DNA of 32,000 nt from Ralstonia phage Heva: the sequence record MT740742.1. One strand, written 5' to 3'. The notes under the pieces were generated by a model. The model was not told the origin of the DNA. It made no database searches and was given only the letters and a program-made list of their open reading frames with translations. Positions 15,506 through 23,596 of this stretch are shown here, one piece after another (position 1 is the stretch's first letter; every line of letters starts with the position of its first letter). The translations under genes and the position numbers were made by a program.

Positions 15506-16035
15506 GCCTGACGCAAGAGTTTCTGAAAAGCGTTCTCACATACGATCCATTCACGGGGATATTTGTGTGGGTCGGCAAGCCGAATGGTCGCGTCGAGGCC
15601 CAGGCTATTGCCGGCAGCCTGCATTCGAGCGGCTACATCCACATCGGAATCCAGCGTCGCGTCTATAAGGCCCACCGTCTCGCGTGGCTATACATGACCG
15701 GAGAGTTCCCATCGTCGATGCTTGACCACAAAAATGGCGATCGATCCGACAACAGGTGGGCAAACATCCGGCAGGCTGACAGCACCAAGAACTGCATGAA
15801 CAGGGCGTGCCGAAGCGATAGCAGGACCGGCATGAAGGGCGTGCGCTACGACGGACGAGACGGGAGATTCCAGGCCGTCATCATGATCAGCGGGAAGTCT
15901 TTCAGTCTCGGCCGGTTCGCCAGCGCGGAGGATGCTCATGCGGCCTACATGAAGGCCGCCAATGACAATTTTGGCGAGTTCCGTGTGCAGCCTTTTCGTG
16001 CCCGAAGCGGTAAGAAAACAACACCGGCGGTATGA
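15502..16035 (+). CDS. HNH homing endonuclease with AP2-like C-terminus
   Basis: YKAHRLAWLYMTGEFPSSMLDHKNGDRSDNRWANIRQADSTKNCMN plus GVRYDGRDGRFQAVIMISGKSFSLGRFASAEDAHAAY. Confidence 0.9.
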   Translation: MSLTQEFLKSVLTYDPFTGIFVWVGKPNGRVEAQAIAGSLHSSGYIHIGIQRRVYKAHRLAWLYMTGEFPSSMLDHKNGDRSDNRWANIRQADSTKNCMNRACRSDSRTGMKGVRYDGRDGRFQAVIMISGKSFSLGRFASAEDAHAAYMKAANDNFGEFRVQPFRARSGKKTTPAV

Positions 16036-16061
16036 AAAAAAAAGGCCCGCCGAAGCGGGCC
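16035..16061 (-). terminator. Intrinsic terminator oriented for minus-strand transcription
   Basis: A9 then GGCCCGC-CGAA-GCGGGCC; on the minus strand this is a GC hairpin followed by T9. Confidence 0.6.
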
Positions 16062-16123
16062 GCACAGAGGGATGTGCAGAGTGATCACGCGAATTGTAAC
16101 CGATTTTCCGAGGGGTGAGTGAA

Positions 16124-17038
16124 ATGGCTGGCGACTGGATCAAGATGCGCACAGACCTGTACCGCGATCCGAAGGTCTGCATGATGGCTGACATGTTGAT
16201 GTGTGACGACGGAGAGCTTGCGTGTCACGTCAACCAACACTGCCAACGTAACATGACCGTCACGCGTAACGTCATGCGTAACGTAACTGTTGGTGCGCTC
16301 GTGTCGGTGTGGGGCGTTATGCGCATGCAGGGCAAGTGCGAGGAGACGGACCTTGTGTGTGACGGGGTTGCCATTGGCGTCATCGATGACATCGCCGATC
16401 TGCCCGGCTTTGGGGCGGTTATGGAGGCTGTCGGCTGGGTCTGTCGAACCGAAGATGGCCTTGTGTTCCCTAGGTTCTTCGAGGACAACAATGTCGCGCC
16501 GGCCGGCGCTGATAGGTCGAAAGGTGCCGTTCGTCAGCAGCGTTATCGTGAGCGCCAAAAGGCGAAATGTGACGTAACTAGTGACGTAACGAGTGACGTC
16601 ACAGTGACGCCTAGAGAAGAGAAGAGTAGAGAAGAGAAGATAGTAGATACCTCACTACGTTCGGTATCTACGGCGCCGGCTGAAAAGCCGACGCCTGCCG
16701 TCCAGAAGTTCGACCCTCTCAAGGCGTTGATCGCCGAGGGTGTGCCGAAGCAGACGGCCGAGGATTTCCTGAAAATCCGCAAGGCGAAGCGCGCGCCTCT
16801 GACGCAGACCGCATTGGACGCGATCCGGCGCGAGGCCGAGGCGGCGGCCTTCAGCATGGCCCAGGCGATTGAGACCTGCTGTTCGCGCGGCTGGCAGGGC
16901 TTCAAGGCGGAATGGGTTGAGCGCGACCAGGGCCGCAGTGCACCGGCGCGCGCCAATGGCCGCCCGTCGATCAACGACTTCGGCGGCGACATGCCCACAG
17001 GGCAATACGACAACATTTTTGAGCGAAGGAGGGCATGA
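16124..17038 (+). CDS. Phage replication initiation (O-like / primosomal) protein
   Basis: Position before the DnaC-like loader; GDWIKMRTDLYRDPKV start, REEKSREEK linker, C-terminal winged-helix-like region. Confidence 0.7.
   Translation: MAGDWIKMRTDLYRDPKVCMMADMLMCDDGELACHVNQHCQRNMTVTRNVMRNVTVGALVSVWGVMRMQGKCEETDLVCDGVAIGVIDDIADLPGFGAVMEAVGWVCRTEDGLVFPRFFEDNNVAPAGADRSKGAVRQQRYRERQKAKCDVTSDVTSDVTVTPREEKSREEKIVDTSLRSVSTAPAEKPTPAVQKFDPLKALIAEGVPKQTAEDFLKIRKAKRAPLTQTALDAIRREAEAAAFSMAQAIETCCSRGWQGFKAEWVERDQGRSAPARANGRPSINDFGGDMPTGQYDNIFERRRA
16264..16651 (+). promoter_or_regulatory. Candidate phage replication origin: 12-bp-period iterons plus polypurine tract
   Basis: GCGTAACGTCAT/GCGTAACGTAAC (16264-16287); GTGACGTAACTA/GTGACGTAACGA/GTGACGTCACA/GTGACGCC (16569-16611); then TAGAGAAGAGAAGAGTAGAGAAGAGAAGATAG. 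Confidence 0.45.
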
Positions 17039-17844
17039 TGAATTCGATCGGCAATTTCCTGCCGGAAGGCGGCGCCATCAACCCGAAGCGGTTCGAGCGC
17101 GAATCCAACTGCGATGTCCATGGGGCGTACACCGAGCGCGGAGGCTCGCTGACGGGCCGCGAGGACCGGATCATGTGGTTTGGGTGCCCCGAGTGTTCGA
17201 AGGCCGCCAGAGAGCGCGAGGAGGCCGAGGAGAGGGCGAGAGAGGAGCGGGAGCGTCAGCAGCGCATCGAGCGCCGCATGAAGCTGTCTGGCATCCCCAT
17301 GGGCTTCCGGGACCGCACGTTCGACTCGTTCGTCGCGGAGACGCCGGAGCAGCAGCATGCCGTGTCGGTGGCGCGCGAGTTCGCGGATAACTTCTGGACG
17401 CGCCATGCGCCGGCCGGCACCTTCCTCGTGTTCGGCGGCAACCCAGGCACCGGCAAGAGCCATCTCGCTATCGCTGCGGCGCAGAGCGTCATGCAGCGCG
17501 GCACGGCGATGTACCTCGATGCCATGGACCTGATCCGTCGCGTGCGCGCAACGTGGCGCCGGGACAGCGAGCAGAGCGAGGAGGATGTGCTGCACATGCT
17601 GGGCGGCACGCTCGACCTGCTGGTGATCGACGAGATCGGCGTGCAGCGCGGCACGGAGGACGAGCAGATGATCCTGTTCGACGTGCTGAACCGGCGCTAC
17701 CGCGATCTGCGCCCGACGATCCTGCTGACGAACCTGGGCGGCAAGGCGCTGGCGGAATTCCTCGGGCCGCGCGTGATGGACCGCCTGATGGAGCGCTCGA
17801 TCATGGTGGCGTTCAAGTGGGGGAGCCACCGCGCGAAGCTGTGA
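17035..17844 (+). CDS. DnaC-like helicase loader ATPase
   Basis: FLVFGGNPGTGKSHLAIAAA (Walker A), DLLVIDEIGVQ (Walker B), sensor-like ILLTNL; zinc-binding-like N-terminus. Confidence 0.92.
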   Translation: MMNSIGNFLPEGGAINPKRFERESNCDVHGAYTERGGSLTGREDRIMWFGCPECSKAAREREEAEERAREERERQQRIERRMKLSGIPMGFRDRTFDSFVAETPEQQHAVSVAREFADNFWTRHAPAGTFLVFGGNPGTGKSHLAIAAAQSVMQRGTAMYLDAMDLIRRVRATWRRDSEQSEEDVLHMLGGTLDLLVIDEIGVQRGTEDEQMILFDVLNRRYRDLRPTILLTNLGGKALAEFLGPRVMDRLMERSIMVAFKWGSHRAKL

Positions 17845-17902
17845 AATATTCCTTGTGCATTTTGCGCGAGTGGTATTAAATCCATACCGCGATACCGATT
17901 TT

Positions 17903-18742
17903 ATGACCAATCGCTTTTTTCAAGGACTGATGATGGACACGAAACACACGCCGGGGCCGCTTGAGGTGGTGGCAGTGGTGTCGGTGAATGACGGTGAGGC
18001 GCTGGTGCTGAACCGCCCGCTGAATCTCGTCTACGAGCGCCATGGCAACGACTATGTTGGCGTCGATGGCCCGTTCCGCGATGCGCTGTACTACCAGCGC
18101 GCATGCAGCATGTTCCGGGCTTTCGCAGGCCGCGAGCTTTCTTTGCCGATGAAGGACGGCACCATCCAAAAGGTCAAGGATCACTGGTGGCAAGGCGGCA
18201 TCAAGGGCTACGCGTCGGTTGTTGCCTCGGATGTCGAGTCCCTGAAGCGCTGCTACGTTTTCTCTGGCGGGCTGTGCGCAGCACCCGACGAGCTGGCCGC
18301 GCTCCGCGCAACCTACACCGGCTGTGTGTACCCGTATTTGGACTATGAGAAGGTAGTCAAATACGACGACACGCGCCGCGAGTTTGTCCGGCGGTGGCTC
18401 CACGAGGAGAGCCGGTGCAAGGCGCTGATCTCGGCCATCAGGGCGAAGCACCGCGAGCTGATAGCCGCCCAGGCCAGCCAGCGGGCGAGCGTGGCGGAGG
18501 GATGGCATTTCTACTCGGCCGATTTCAGCACCAACGCGAATCAACCGCACGTCCAAGGCAACGTCATGTTGATTCGAGATGATCGGGGCCGCAAGTGGTG
18601 GCACAACTTGCCGGAAGAAGAGCGCGAAGAAGTTGCACTTTTCGTGACTGGTCATGGCATGTCGTTCGATGCTGCGATGCTTGACGCAAACGCAAAAGCC
18701 GCTATCGCCGCTGCCCCCAAGCAGCAGGGAGGTGCAGCATGA
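17903..18742 (+). CDS. Hypothetical phage protein with N-terminal HTPGP motif
   Basis: Long ORF in the early operon; start uncertain (17903 or 17933). Confidence 0.65.
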   Translation: MTNRFFQGLMMDTKHTPGPLEVVAVVSVNDGEALVLNRPLNLVYERHGNDYVGVDGPFRDALYYQRACSMFRAFAGRELSLPMKDGTIQKVKDHWWQGGIKGYASVVASDVESLKRCYVFSGGLCAAPDELAALRATYTGCVYPYLDYEKVVKYDDTRREFVRRWLHEESRCKALISAIRAKHRELIAAQASQRASVAEGWHFYSADFSTNANQPHVQGNVMLIRDDRGRKWWHNLPEEEREEVALFVTGHGMSFDAAMLDANAKAAIAAAPKQQGGAA

Positions 18743-19086
18743 CGTTCAACCGCGATGTGAATTGCTACCGCGCCGCGCCGCGCTCGCTGCAAACCAGCAA
18801 GTTCGGCTGCTACGCGGAGCTGAGCGTGATCCCGACGCGCCGGCGCAGCGTCTGGCCGGTGATCTGCTACGCGGCAGTGGCCGTATCGGCGGTGCTGATC
18901 GCGCTGGTGCTGAGCGGGTGCGGCGAGGCTCCGCTCAGCGCGGCAGGCAAGGAAGACTGCGTGGTGGTCTACACCTACTACGGCGCAGACCGGCAATTTG
19001 TGCGGTGTAGCGGCCGTGGTGCCGTCGTGCCGCGCATGGATGGGAAGATCGGCAAGAAGCCCGCCACCCTCGTTTCCGCGCGCTGA
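18739..19086 (+). CDS. Putative membrane protein or lipoprotein
   Basis: Hydrophobic segment ending in LVLSGC. Confidence 0.5.
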   Translation: MTFNRDVNCYRAAPRSLQTSKFGCYAELSVIPTRRRSVWPVICYAAVAVSAVLIALVLSGCGEAPLSAAGKEDCVVVYTYYGADRQFVRCSGRGAVVPRMDGKIGKKPATLVSAR

Positions 19087-19112
19087 TCGCGCACCAACCC
19101 AGGAGATTCACC

Positions 19113-19367
19113 ATGGCAGTGATCCGAAACAAAGGCGTCGTGTACGCTGGGAAAGTTGGCGCGAAGATGCGCCTGCGCAGCTCCGCCCCGCGCAAGACCG
19201 TGCGCAAGTCCGCCTACAAGTGCGTCGGCGGCCCGATGGACGGGCACACGCTGTACCTGACGACGCCGAGCACGGTGCCGATGAACATGGCGGGCCAGCG
19301 CGGGCGCTACGTCAGCGACGTGCCCATGGGCATCACCAAGCCCATCCTGGAATGGGAGGCCGCATGA
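19113..19367 (+). CDS. Hypothetical protein
   Basis: 84-aa ORF, GGAG-like site upstream, overlaps the next start. Confidence 0.6.
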   Translation: MAVIRNKGVVYAGKVGAKMRLRSSAPRKTVRKSAYKCVGGPMDGHTLYLTTPSTVPMNMAGQRGRYVSDVPMGITKPILEWEAA

Positions 19368-19834
19368 CGACCGCACAGAACCATGCGCTCGGGCAGCCGG
19401 CCCAGGGCAAGTCGGCCAAGGAGTTCGGGATCGTCGTCATGGTCGACCACGAGCGCGCCGCGCGCGTCTACCGGCAGGCGCTCGCGAAGATCAACCTGAT
19501 GATGGACGATCTCAGCCGCGCCGCCGAGTTCTTCGACAGGCAGGCGATCTCGGCGCACCTGTCGGCGCGCGCGGCGTGGGAGGATGACGTGGCCGCCGGC
19601 GACGATGCAGCGGTCGAGCCGCCCAAGCCCAAGCTGCGCTGGAACGTGATCCAGAACCGGGTCGCGTATGTGAGGCGCATGGACGCGCTCGCGCAGTTCG
19701 CCGTGGCGCCGTTCGAGCTGGCCGAGGGGCATGTCTTCCAGCTCCATCGCATGGAGACGGGCGACTACTTCGAGCCGTTCGATACGCTGCTGAAGGACTG
19801 GCACGAGGCGCGCGGCGTCGGCGCAACAGCGTAG
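19364..19834 (+). CDS. Hypothetical phage protein
   Basis: ATGA overlap with the previous ORF; ends immediately before the TnpB element leader. Confidence 0.6.
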   Translation: MTTAQNHALGQPAQGKSAKEFGIVVMVDHERAARVYRQALAKINLMMDDLSRAAEFFDRQAISAHLSARAAWEDDVAAGDDAAVEPPKPKLRWNVIQNRVAYVRRMDALAQFAVAPFELAEGHVFQLHRMETGDYFEPFDTLLKDWHEARGVGATA

Positions 19835-19849
19835 CGGGAATCCTTGTGG

Positions 19850-20280
19850 CGCAAGGGTTTCGCGCCTACAATGGAATCTCTTTCGAGCCGCTCCCACACA
19901 GGCTCTGATACCGTGGGTAACGTGCGAGCAGCCGGCCAACTAGGCGCTGACAGCCCGGAATAGAACGGGCACCAGACACCTTAAAGAATCCGCCGACTCG
20001 TCGGCTATGCAGATAAGCGAACGTGGCCTCTGCTGACGGATCGTAACGTGACAGCCCGGAGAGACGGGCGCCTCACGCATGGCGACTGCTGAAAAACACC
20101 CATGCGGGTGGCGGACCTGAAATCCGCCATAGGCAGCTGCCAGCCGTGAGGGAATGCGCGGGCTGACGCGCGGTTATGCAATCCTTCCAGTACGGCACTG
20201 CCGTCCGAAACTGGAAACGCCGGGGGTCAGCGCCGGCCCATCAACGCCTCGTCGATAACCCGAGAACGTACCCCACTCAC
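19850..20280 (+). ncRNA. Highly structured untranslated leader of tnpB, function unknown
   Basis: Two related hairpins with the same prefix, TGACA-GCCCG-GAATAGAA-CGGGC and TGACA-GCCCG-GAGAGA-CGGGC, plus GGCGGA-CCTGAAA-TCCGCC and CCGA-CTCG-TCGG. Confidence 0.4.
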
Positions 20281-21351
20281 ATGGAGCATACCAAGACCCT
20301 CAAGTTGCGCATCAAGGACAAGCACGCCAAAACGCTGCTTGCGATGGCGCGTGAGGTCAATCTGGTGTGGAACTACTGCAACGAAACCAGCCACCGCGCC
20401 ATCCGTGAACGCCACCAATGGCTCTCCGGTTTCGACCTGCAAAAGCTGGCCAAAGGTTTTAGCAAATGCGACGGCGTACAGATCGGCTCCCCGACCGTGC
20501 AGCAGGTGTGCGAGGACTACGCCAAAGCCCGCAAGCAGTTCAAGCGCAACAAGCTGCGCTGGCGTGTTTCCAATCCGCAATCCAGCAAATACAGCCTTGG
20601 CTGGATTCCCTTCAAAGCTCGCGCATTGCAGTACAAAAACGGCCAGATTGCCTTTGCAGGCAAGCGGTTCAGCCTGTGGGACAGCTACGGGCTGTCCGAC
20701 TGCGAACTCAGATCGGGTTCGTTCAGCGAGGACAGTCGTGGACGCTGGTATCTCAACGTGGCGGTCAAGGTACAGACCAATACCAATGCCGCCACCGCCT
20801 GCGTAGGCATCGACCTTGGCCTCAAGGAAGCGGCAGTAGCGTCTGACGGGCAGCGCATCGAAGGGCGCTTCTACCGCAAGCTGGAGGCACAGCTTGGCAT
20901 CGCCCAACGGGCAGGCAAGAAACAGCGTGTCAAAGCGATCCATGCCAAGATTGGCAATCAACGCAAGGACGCGCTGCACAAGTTCAGCACCTACCTGATC
21001 CGCCACTACGGCGTGATTTTTGTCGGTGACGTAGCCAGCGCCAAGCTGGTTAAGACCCGCATGGCAAAGAGTACGCTCGATGCCGGCTGGGCAAGTCTAA
21101 AGACGATGTTGGAATACAAGAGCCAGCAGGCCGGTGTCGTCTTTGAAGTCGTCAAAGAAAGCTATACAACCCAGACTTGCTCGTGCTGCGAGATTATCCC
21201 CGCCAGTAGTCCGAAAGGTAGGGCAGGTTTGCGAATAAGAGCATGGACTTGCAGCGAATGCGGGGCGGTACACGACCGCGACGTAAACGCTGCAAGGAAC
21301 ATTCTCGCGGCGGGGCTTCGCCGTCTTGAAGAAGGAATCCCCGCTCTTTAG
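20281..21351 (+). CDS. tnpB: RNA-guided endonuclease TnpB / OrfB
   Basis: TKTLKLRIKDKHAKTLLAMAREVNLVWNYCNETS; ACVGIDLGLKEAAV (RuvC-I); zinc ribbon CSCCEIIPASSPKGRAGLRIRAWTCSECG; AVHDRDVNAARNIL (RuvC-III). Confidence 0.95.
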   Translation: MEHTKTLKLRIKDKHAKTLLAMAREVNLVWNYCNETSHRAIRERHQWLSGFDLQKLAKGFSKCDGVQIGSPTVQQVCEDYAKARKQFKRNKLRWRVSNPQSSKYSLGWIPFKARALQYKNGQIAFAGKRFSLWDSYGLSDCELRSGSFSEDSRGRWYLNVAVKVQTNTNAATACVGIDLGLKEAAVASDGQRIEGRFYRKLEAQLGIAQRAGKKQRVKAIHAKIGNQRKDALHKFSTYLIRHYGVIFVGDVASAKLVKTRMAKSTLDAGWASLKTMLEYKSQQAGVVFEVVKESYTTQTCSCCEIIPASSPKGRAGLRIRAWTCSECGAVHDRDVNAARNILAAGLRRLEEGIPAL

Positions 21352-21390
21352 GGCGGGGAGGAAGTCAAAGGAGAGACGATATGTCGCAGG
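21200..21390 (+). ncRNA. Candidate TnpB omega-RNA overlapping the tnpB 3' end, plus adjacent guide
   Basis: Canonical placement for TnpB; scaffold ends in the right-end hairpin at 21339-21369, with flanking GGAGAGACGATATGTCGC as predicted guide. 5' limit is a guess. Confidence 0.6.
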
Positions 21391-21926
21391 GCGCATCAAC
21401 GAAGAAGCCACGGAAGCCGGCCAAGGCGCCCAAGGCGCTCCCCGTCAAGCGCCGAGTCGGGCGCCCGTCCTCCTACACCAGCGAGCTGGCAACGGAGATT
21501 TGCCTGCGCATCGCCTGCGGGGAAAGCGTCCGCTCCATCTGCAAGGATGAGAAGATGCCGAGCCAGGACACGATCTATCGCTGGGTGTTTCATAATGCGG
21601 AATTCTCGGAGCAATACGCGCGGGCGCGGGCCATGCAGATGGAATCCTGGGCCGATGAGGTTCTCGGCATCGCCGACGACGGCTCGAACGACACCTACGA
21701 GGACGAGGAAGGCAACCAGCGCACGGATCACGACGTGATCGCCCGCTCGCGCCTGCGCGTCGACACTCGCAAGTGGCTCATGTCCAAGCTGGCCCCGAAG
21801 AAGTACGGCGACAAGGTGGACGTGAACCACGGCGGCCAGCAGGACAACCCGCTGACCATGCTGCTGAAGCAGGTGAGCGGCACGGCGTTCACTCCTCAAG
21901 GTGAAGGCTCTCCCGAGGAAGACTGA
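21381..21926 (+). CDS. terS: Terminase small subunit
   Basis: GRPSSYTSELATEICLRIACGESVRSICKDEKMPSQDTIYRWVFHNAEFSEQYARAR; VDTRKWLMSKLAPKKYGDK. Confidence 0.88.
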   Translation: MSQGASTKKPRKPAKAPKALPVKRRVGRPSSYTSELATEICLRIACGESVRSICKDEKMPSQDTIYRWVFHNAEFSEQYARARAMQMESWADEVLGIADDGSNDTYEDEEGNQRTDHDVIARSRLRVDTRKWLMSKLAPKKYGDKVDVNHGGQQDNPLTMLLKQVSGTAFTPQGEGSPEED

Positions 21927-21945
21927 TCCCGATAACGATCGCATG

Positions 21946-21968
21946 AACCCCGCTCCGGCGGGGTTTCG
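21946..21968 (+). terminator. Intrinsic terminator after terS
   Basis: AACCCCGC-TCCG-GCGGGGTTT. Confidence 0.6.
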
Positions 21969-22009
21969 TTCGTCATAGGCAAAAGCAATCGGGGTGGATA
22001 GCGAAAATC

Positions 22010-22065
22010 AATCACGTGATTCGTTGCATGACCTACAATTCAGTCAACGAACGAATTGTCGTTCG
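22010..22065. promoter_or_regulatory. Double-palindrome regulatory region
   Basis: AATCACGTGATT (22010-22021) and CGAACGA-ATTG-TCGTTCG (22048-22065) flank a TACAAT -10-like box (22034-22039). Confidence 0.4.
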
Positions 22066-22107
22066 ATGATCGCGGCGCAGCGGCGCCGGTACTGATAGGG
22101 GATGACG

Positions 22108-22305
22108 ATGGACACGAAACAAATTGCAGCACACGTGGGAAGGGAAGTGTCGGCGAAGGAGGTGGCCGACATGATCCGCTCGAACCCGATTGGGACGAGC
22201 GAAAGCGATGTGCGCGTGCGTAGCGGTGTGCTGCGCTTCTCCTTCGGTCCTGGTGGCGTGGTTCTTGAATCCGCCGAGATTCGCAAGCCGTTGGATGCCG
22301 CCTAA
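22108..22305 (+). CDS. Hypothetical small protein
   Basis: MDTKQIAAHVGREVSAKEVADMIRSN; ORF track starts at 22102. Confidence 0.5.
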   Translation: MDTKQIAAHVGREVSAKEVADMIRSNPIGTSESDVRVRSGVLRFSFGPGGVVLESAEIRKPLDAA

Positions 22306-22330
22306 CCCACTACTGACGCTGAGTGATGAC

Positions 22331-22660
22331 ATGTGCATGACCACCGAACAGGCAATCGCGCGGCAGGCCGAGCAGGCCAACGCCGCAACCGCCGCCGCCG
22401 CGCTCGCGCAGGTGCTGGCGCAGCATCCGCAGATCGTCGACGGCCTGGAGCGGCTGGGCGACGGCTTCCTGGGCGACGTCCGCGTCGAGTTCTACGGCAA
22501 GGTGCACTACTTCGGGCGCGGCTTCGGCAGCTGCGTGTCCGTCGACCTGGAGGAGATCGCGCTTGCTGGCACCACCGTCAGCATGAGCACGCTGGTCGGC
22601 GTGGCGCGCTGGAAGAAGATCGAGGACGAGCTGCAACACCGCATCGAGTCCGCGCAGTGA
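22331..22660 (+). CDS. Hypothetical protein
   Basis: MCMTTEQAIARQAEQANAATAAAALAQ; in-frame start inside ORF 22190..22660. Confidence 0.55.
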   Translation: MCMTTEQAIARQAEQANAATAAAALAQVLAQHPQIVDGLERLGDGFLGDVRVEFYGKVHYFGRGFGSCVSVDLEEIALAGTTVSMSTLVGVARWKKIEDELQHRIESAQ

Positions 22661-22714
22661 CCACGGCCCGCCGCGCGCGGGCTTTCTCAACCGCAGCACA
22701 TTCAGGAGTGATCC

Positions 22715-22873
22715 ATGGGCATCATCAAGCTCGCGATCGGCAGCATTTTCGGCTTCACCGAACAGCCCAGCCAGATCGGCACGACCAAGCGCAACGGCGG
22801 CAGCGTCGCACGCGACAAGCGCCGCGCCCGCAAGGCCCGCAACGTGAAGCGCCACAAGCGCGCCTGCAAATGA
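22715..22873 (+). CDS. Small basic protein
   Basis: MGIIKLAIGSIFGFTEQPSQIGTTKRNGGSVARDKRRARKARNVKRHKRACK; AGGAG upstream; below the size limit of the ORF track. Confidence 0.5.
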   Translation: MGIIKLAIGSIFGFTEQPSQIGTTKRNGGSVARDKRRARKARNVKRHKRACK

Positions 22874-23010
22874 CCCACAAAGACCTGCTGCGCGCCGCAA
22901 AGCGCGGGGAGATGAAGAACGACAGCGTCACCCTCGCGCTGGATGTCACAACCATCGTCGCCGTCGGCATCTTCGCCGGCACCGCCATCTACATCTACTT
23001 CACGCTATGA
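22870..23010 (+). CDS. Small single-TM protein
   Basis: MTHKDLLRAAKRGEMKNDSVTLALDVTTIVAVGIFAGTAIYIYFTL; ATGA overlap with the previous ORF. Confidence 0.5.
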   Translation: MTHKDLLRAAKRGEMKNDSVTLALDVTTIVAVGIFAGTAIYIYFTL

Positions 23011-23363
23011 GACCGTTCGACTTCAACCAGTTCGCCGCCGGCGCACCGGCGATCATGCCGGACGGCCGCAAGGTCAGGTTCGTGCACTTCTACCCCGGCC
23101 TGGATGTTCCGTATCCGGTCGCAGTCCACATCGAGGGCGCGGCTGGCCTCACGTCGATCAGCGCAAACGGCGAGCTGCCATACGCTGGCAAACAGCTCGG
23201 CATGGCGCCGCCGGTCAAGCGCACGGTGTGGGTGAACCTGTACCGGGAAGACTCCGGCCGCATCGTCGCATCGCGCGAGACGCACGCCAGCGAGGATGCG
23301 GCAACATACGATCGCCTGTCCTCGGATTACGTCGGCGCCTTCCCCATCGAGATCGAGGAATGA
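23007..23363 (+). CDS. Hypothetical protein
   Basis: 118 aa; overlapping start and stop with both neighbours. Confidence 0.6.
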   Translation: MRPFDFNQFAAGAPAIMPDGRKVRFVHFYPGLDVPYPVAVHIEGAAGLTSISANGELPYAGKQLGMAPPVKRTVWVNLYREDSGRIVASRETHASEDAATYDRLSSDYVGAFPIEIEE

Positions 23364-23596
23364 CCGGGGCCGGCATGCGCGCATGGCGCCAATGGCACGG
23401 ACTGACCCAGGCACGTGCAGCGGAGTGCCTGGGCATCCAGGCCGTGACGGTCAGCCAGTACGAGCGCGGCGTGCGCCGCGTTCCCAACACCGTCGCACTG
23501 CTGTGCGGCGCCTACAACTACATCACGGACATGGGCTACTCGACCGAGCAAACCCTGACCGTACTGGAGCATGAAAGTGCTGAAAACCATTCTTGA
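23360..23596 (+). CDS. XRE-like HTH protein
   Basis: WRQWHGLTQARAAECLGIQAVTVSQYERGVRRVPNTVALL. Confidence 0.75.
   Translation: MTGAGMRAWRQWHGLTQARAAECLGIQAVTVSQYERGVRRVPNTVALLCGAYNYITDMGYSTEQTLTVLEHESAENHS

Larger units (their letters stand above)
19835..21369 (+). mobile_element. IS200/IS605-superfamily TnpB-only element, left boundary approximate
   Basis: tnpB with structured leader and a right-end hairpin CCCCGCTCTTTAGGGCGGGGAGGAAGTCAAA overlapping the tnpB stop; hairpin CCTTG-TGGCG-CAAGG near the left side. Confidence 0.8.

Noticed and set aside
16543-17910. 455-aa minus-strand ORF
   Set aside because: Antisense to the replication gene and DnaC-like loader; no domain-like sequence.
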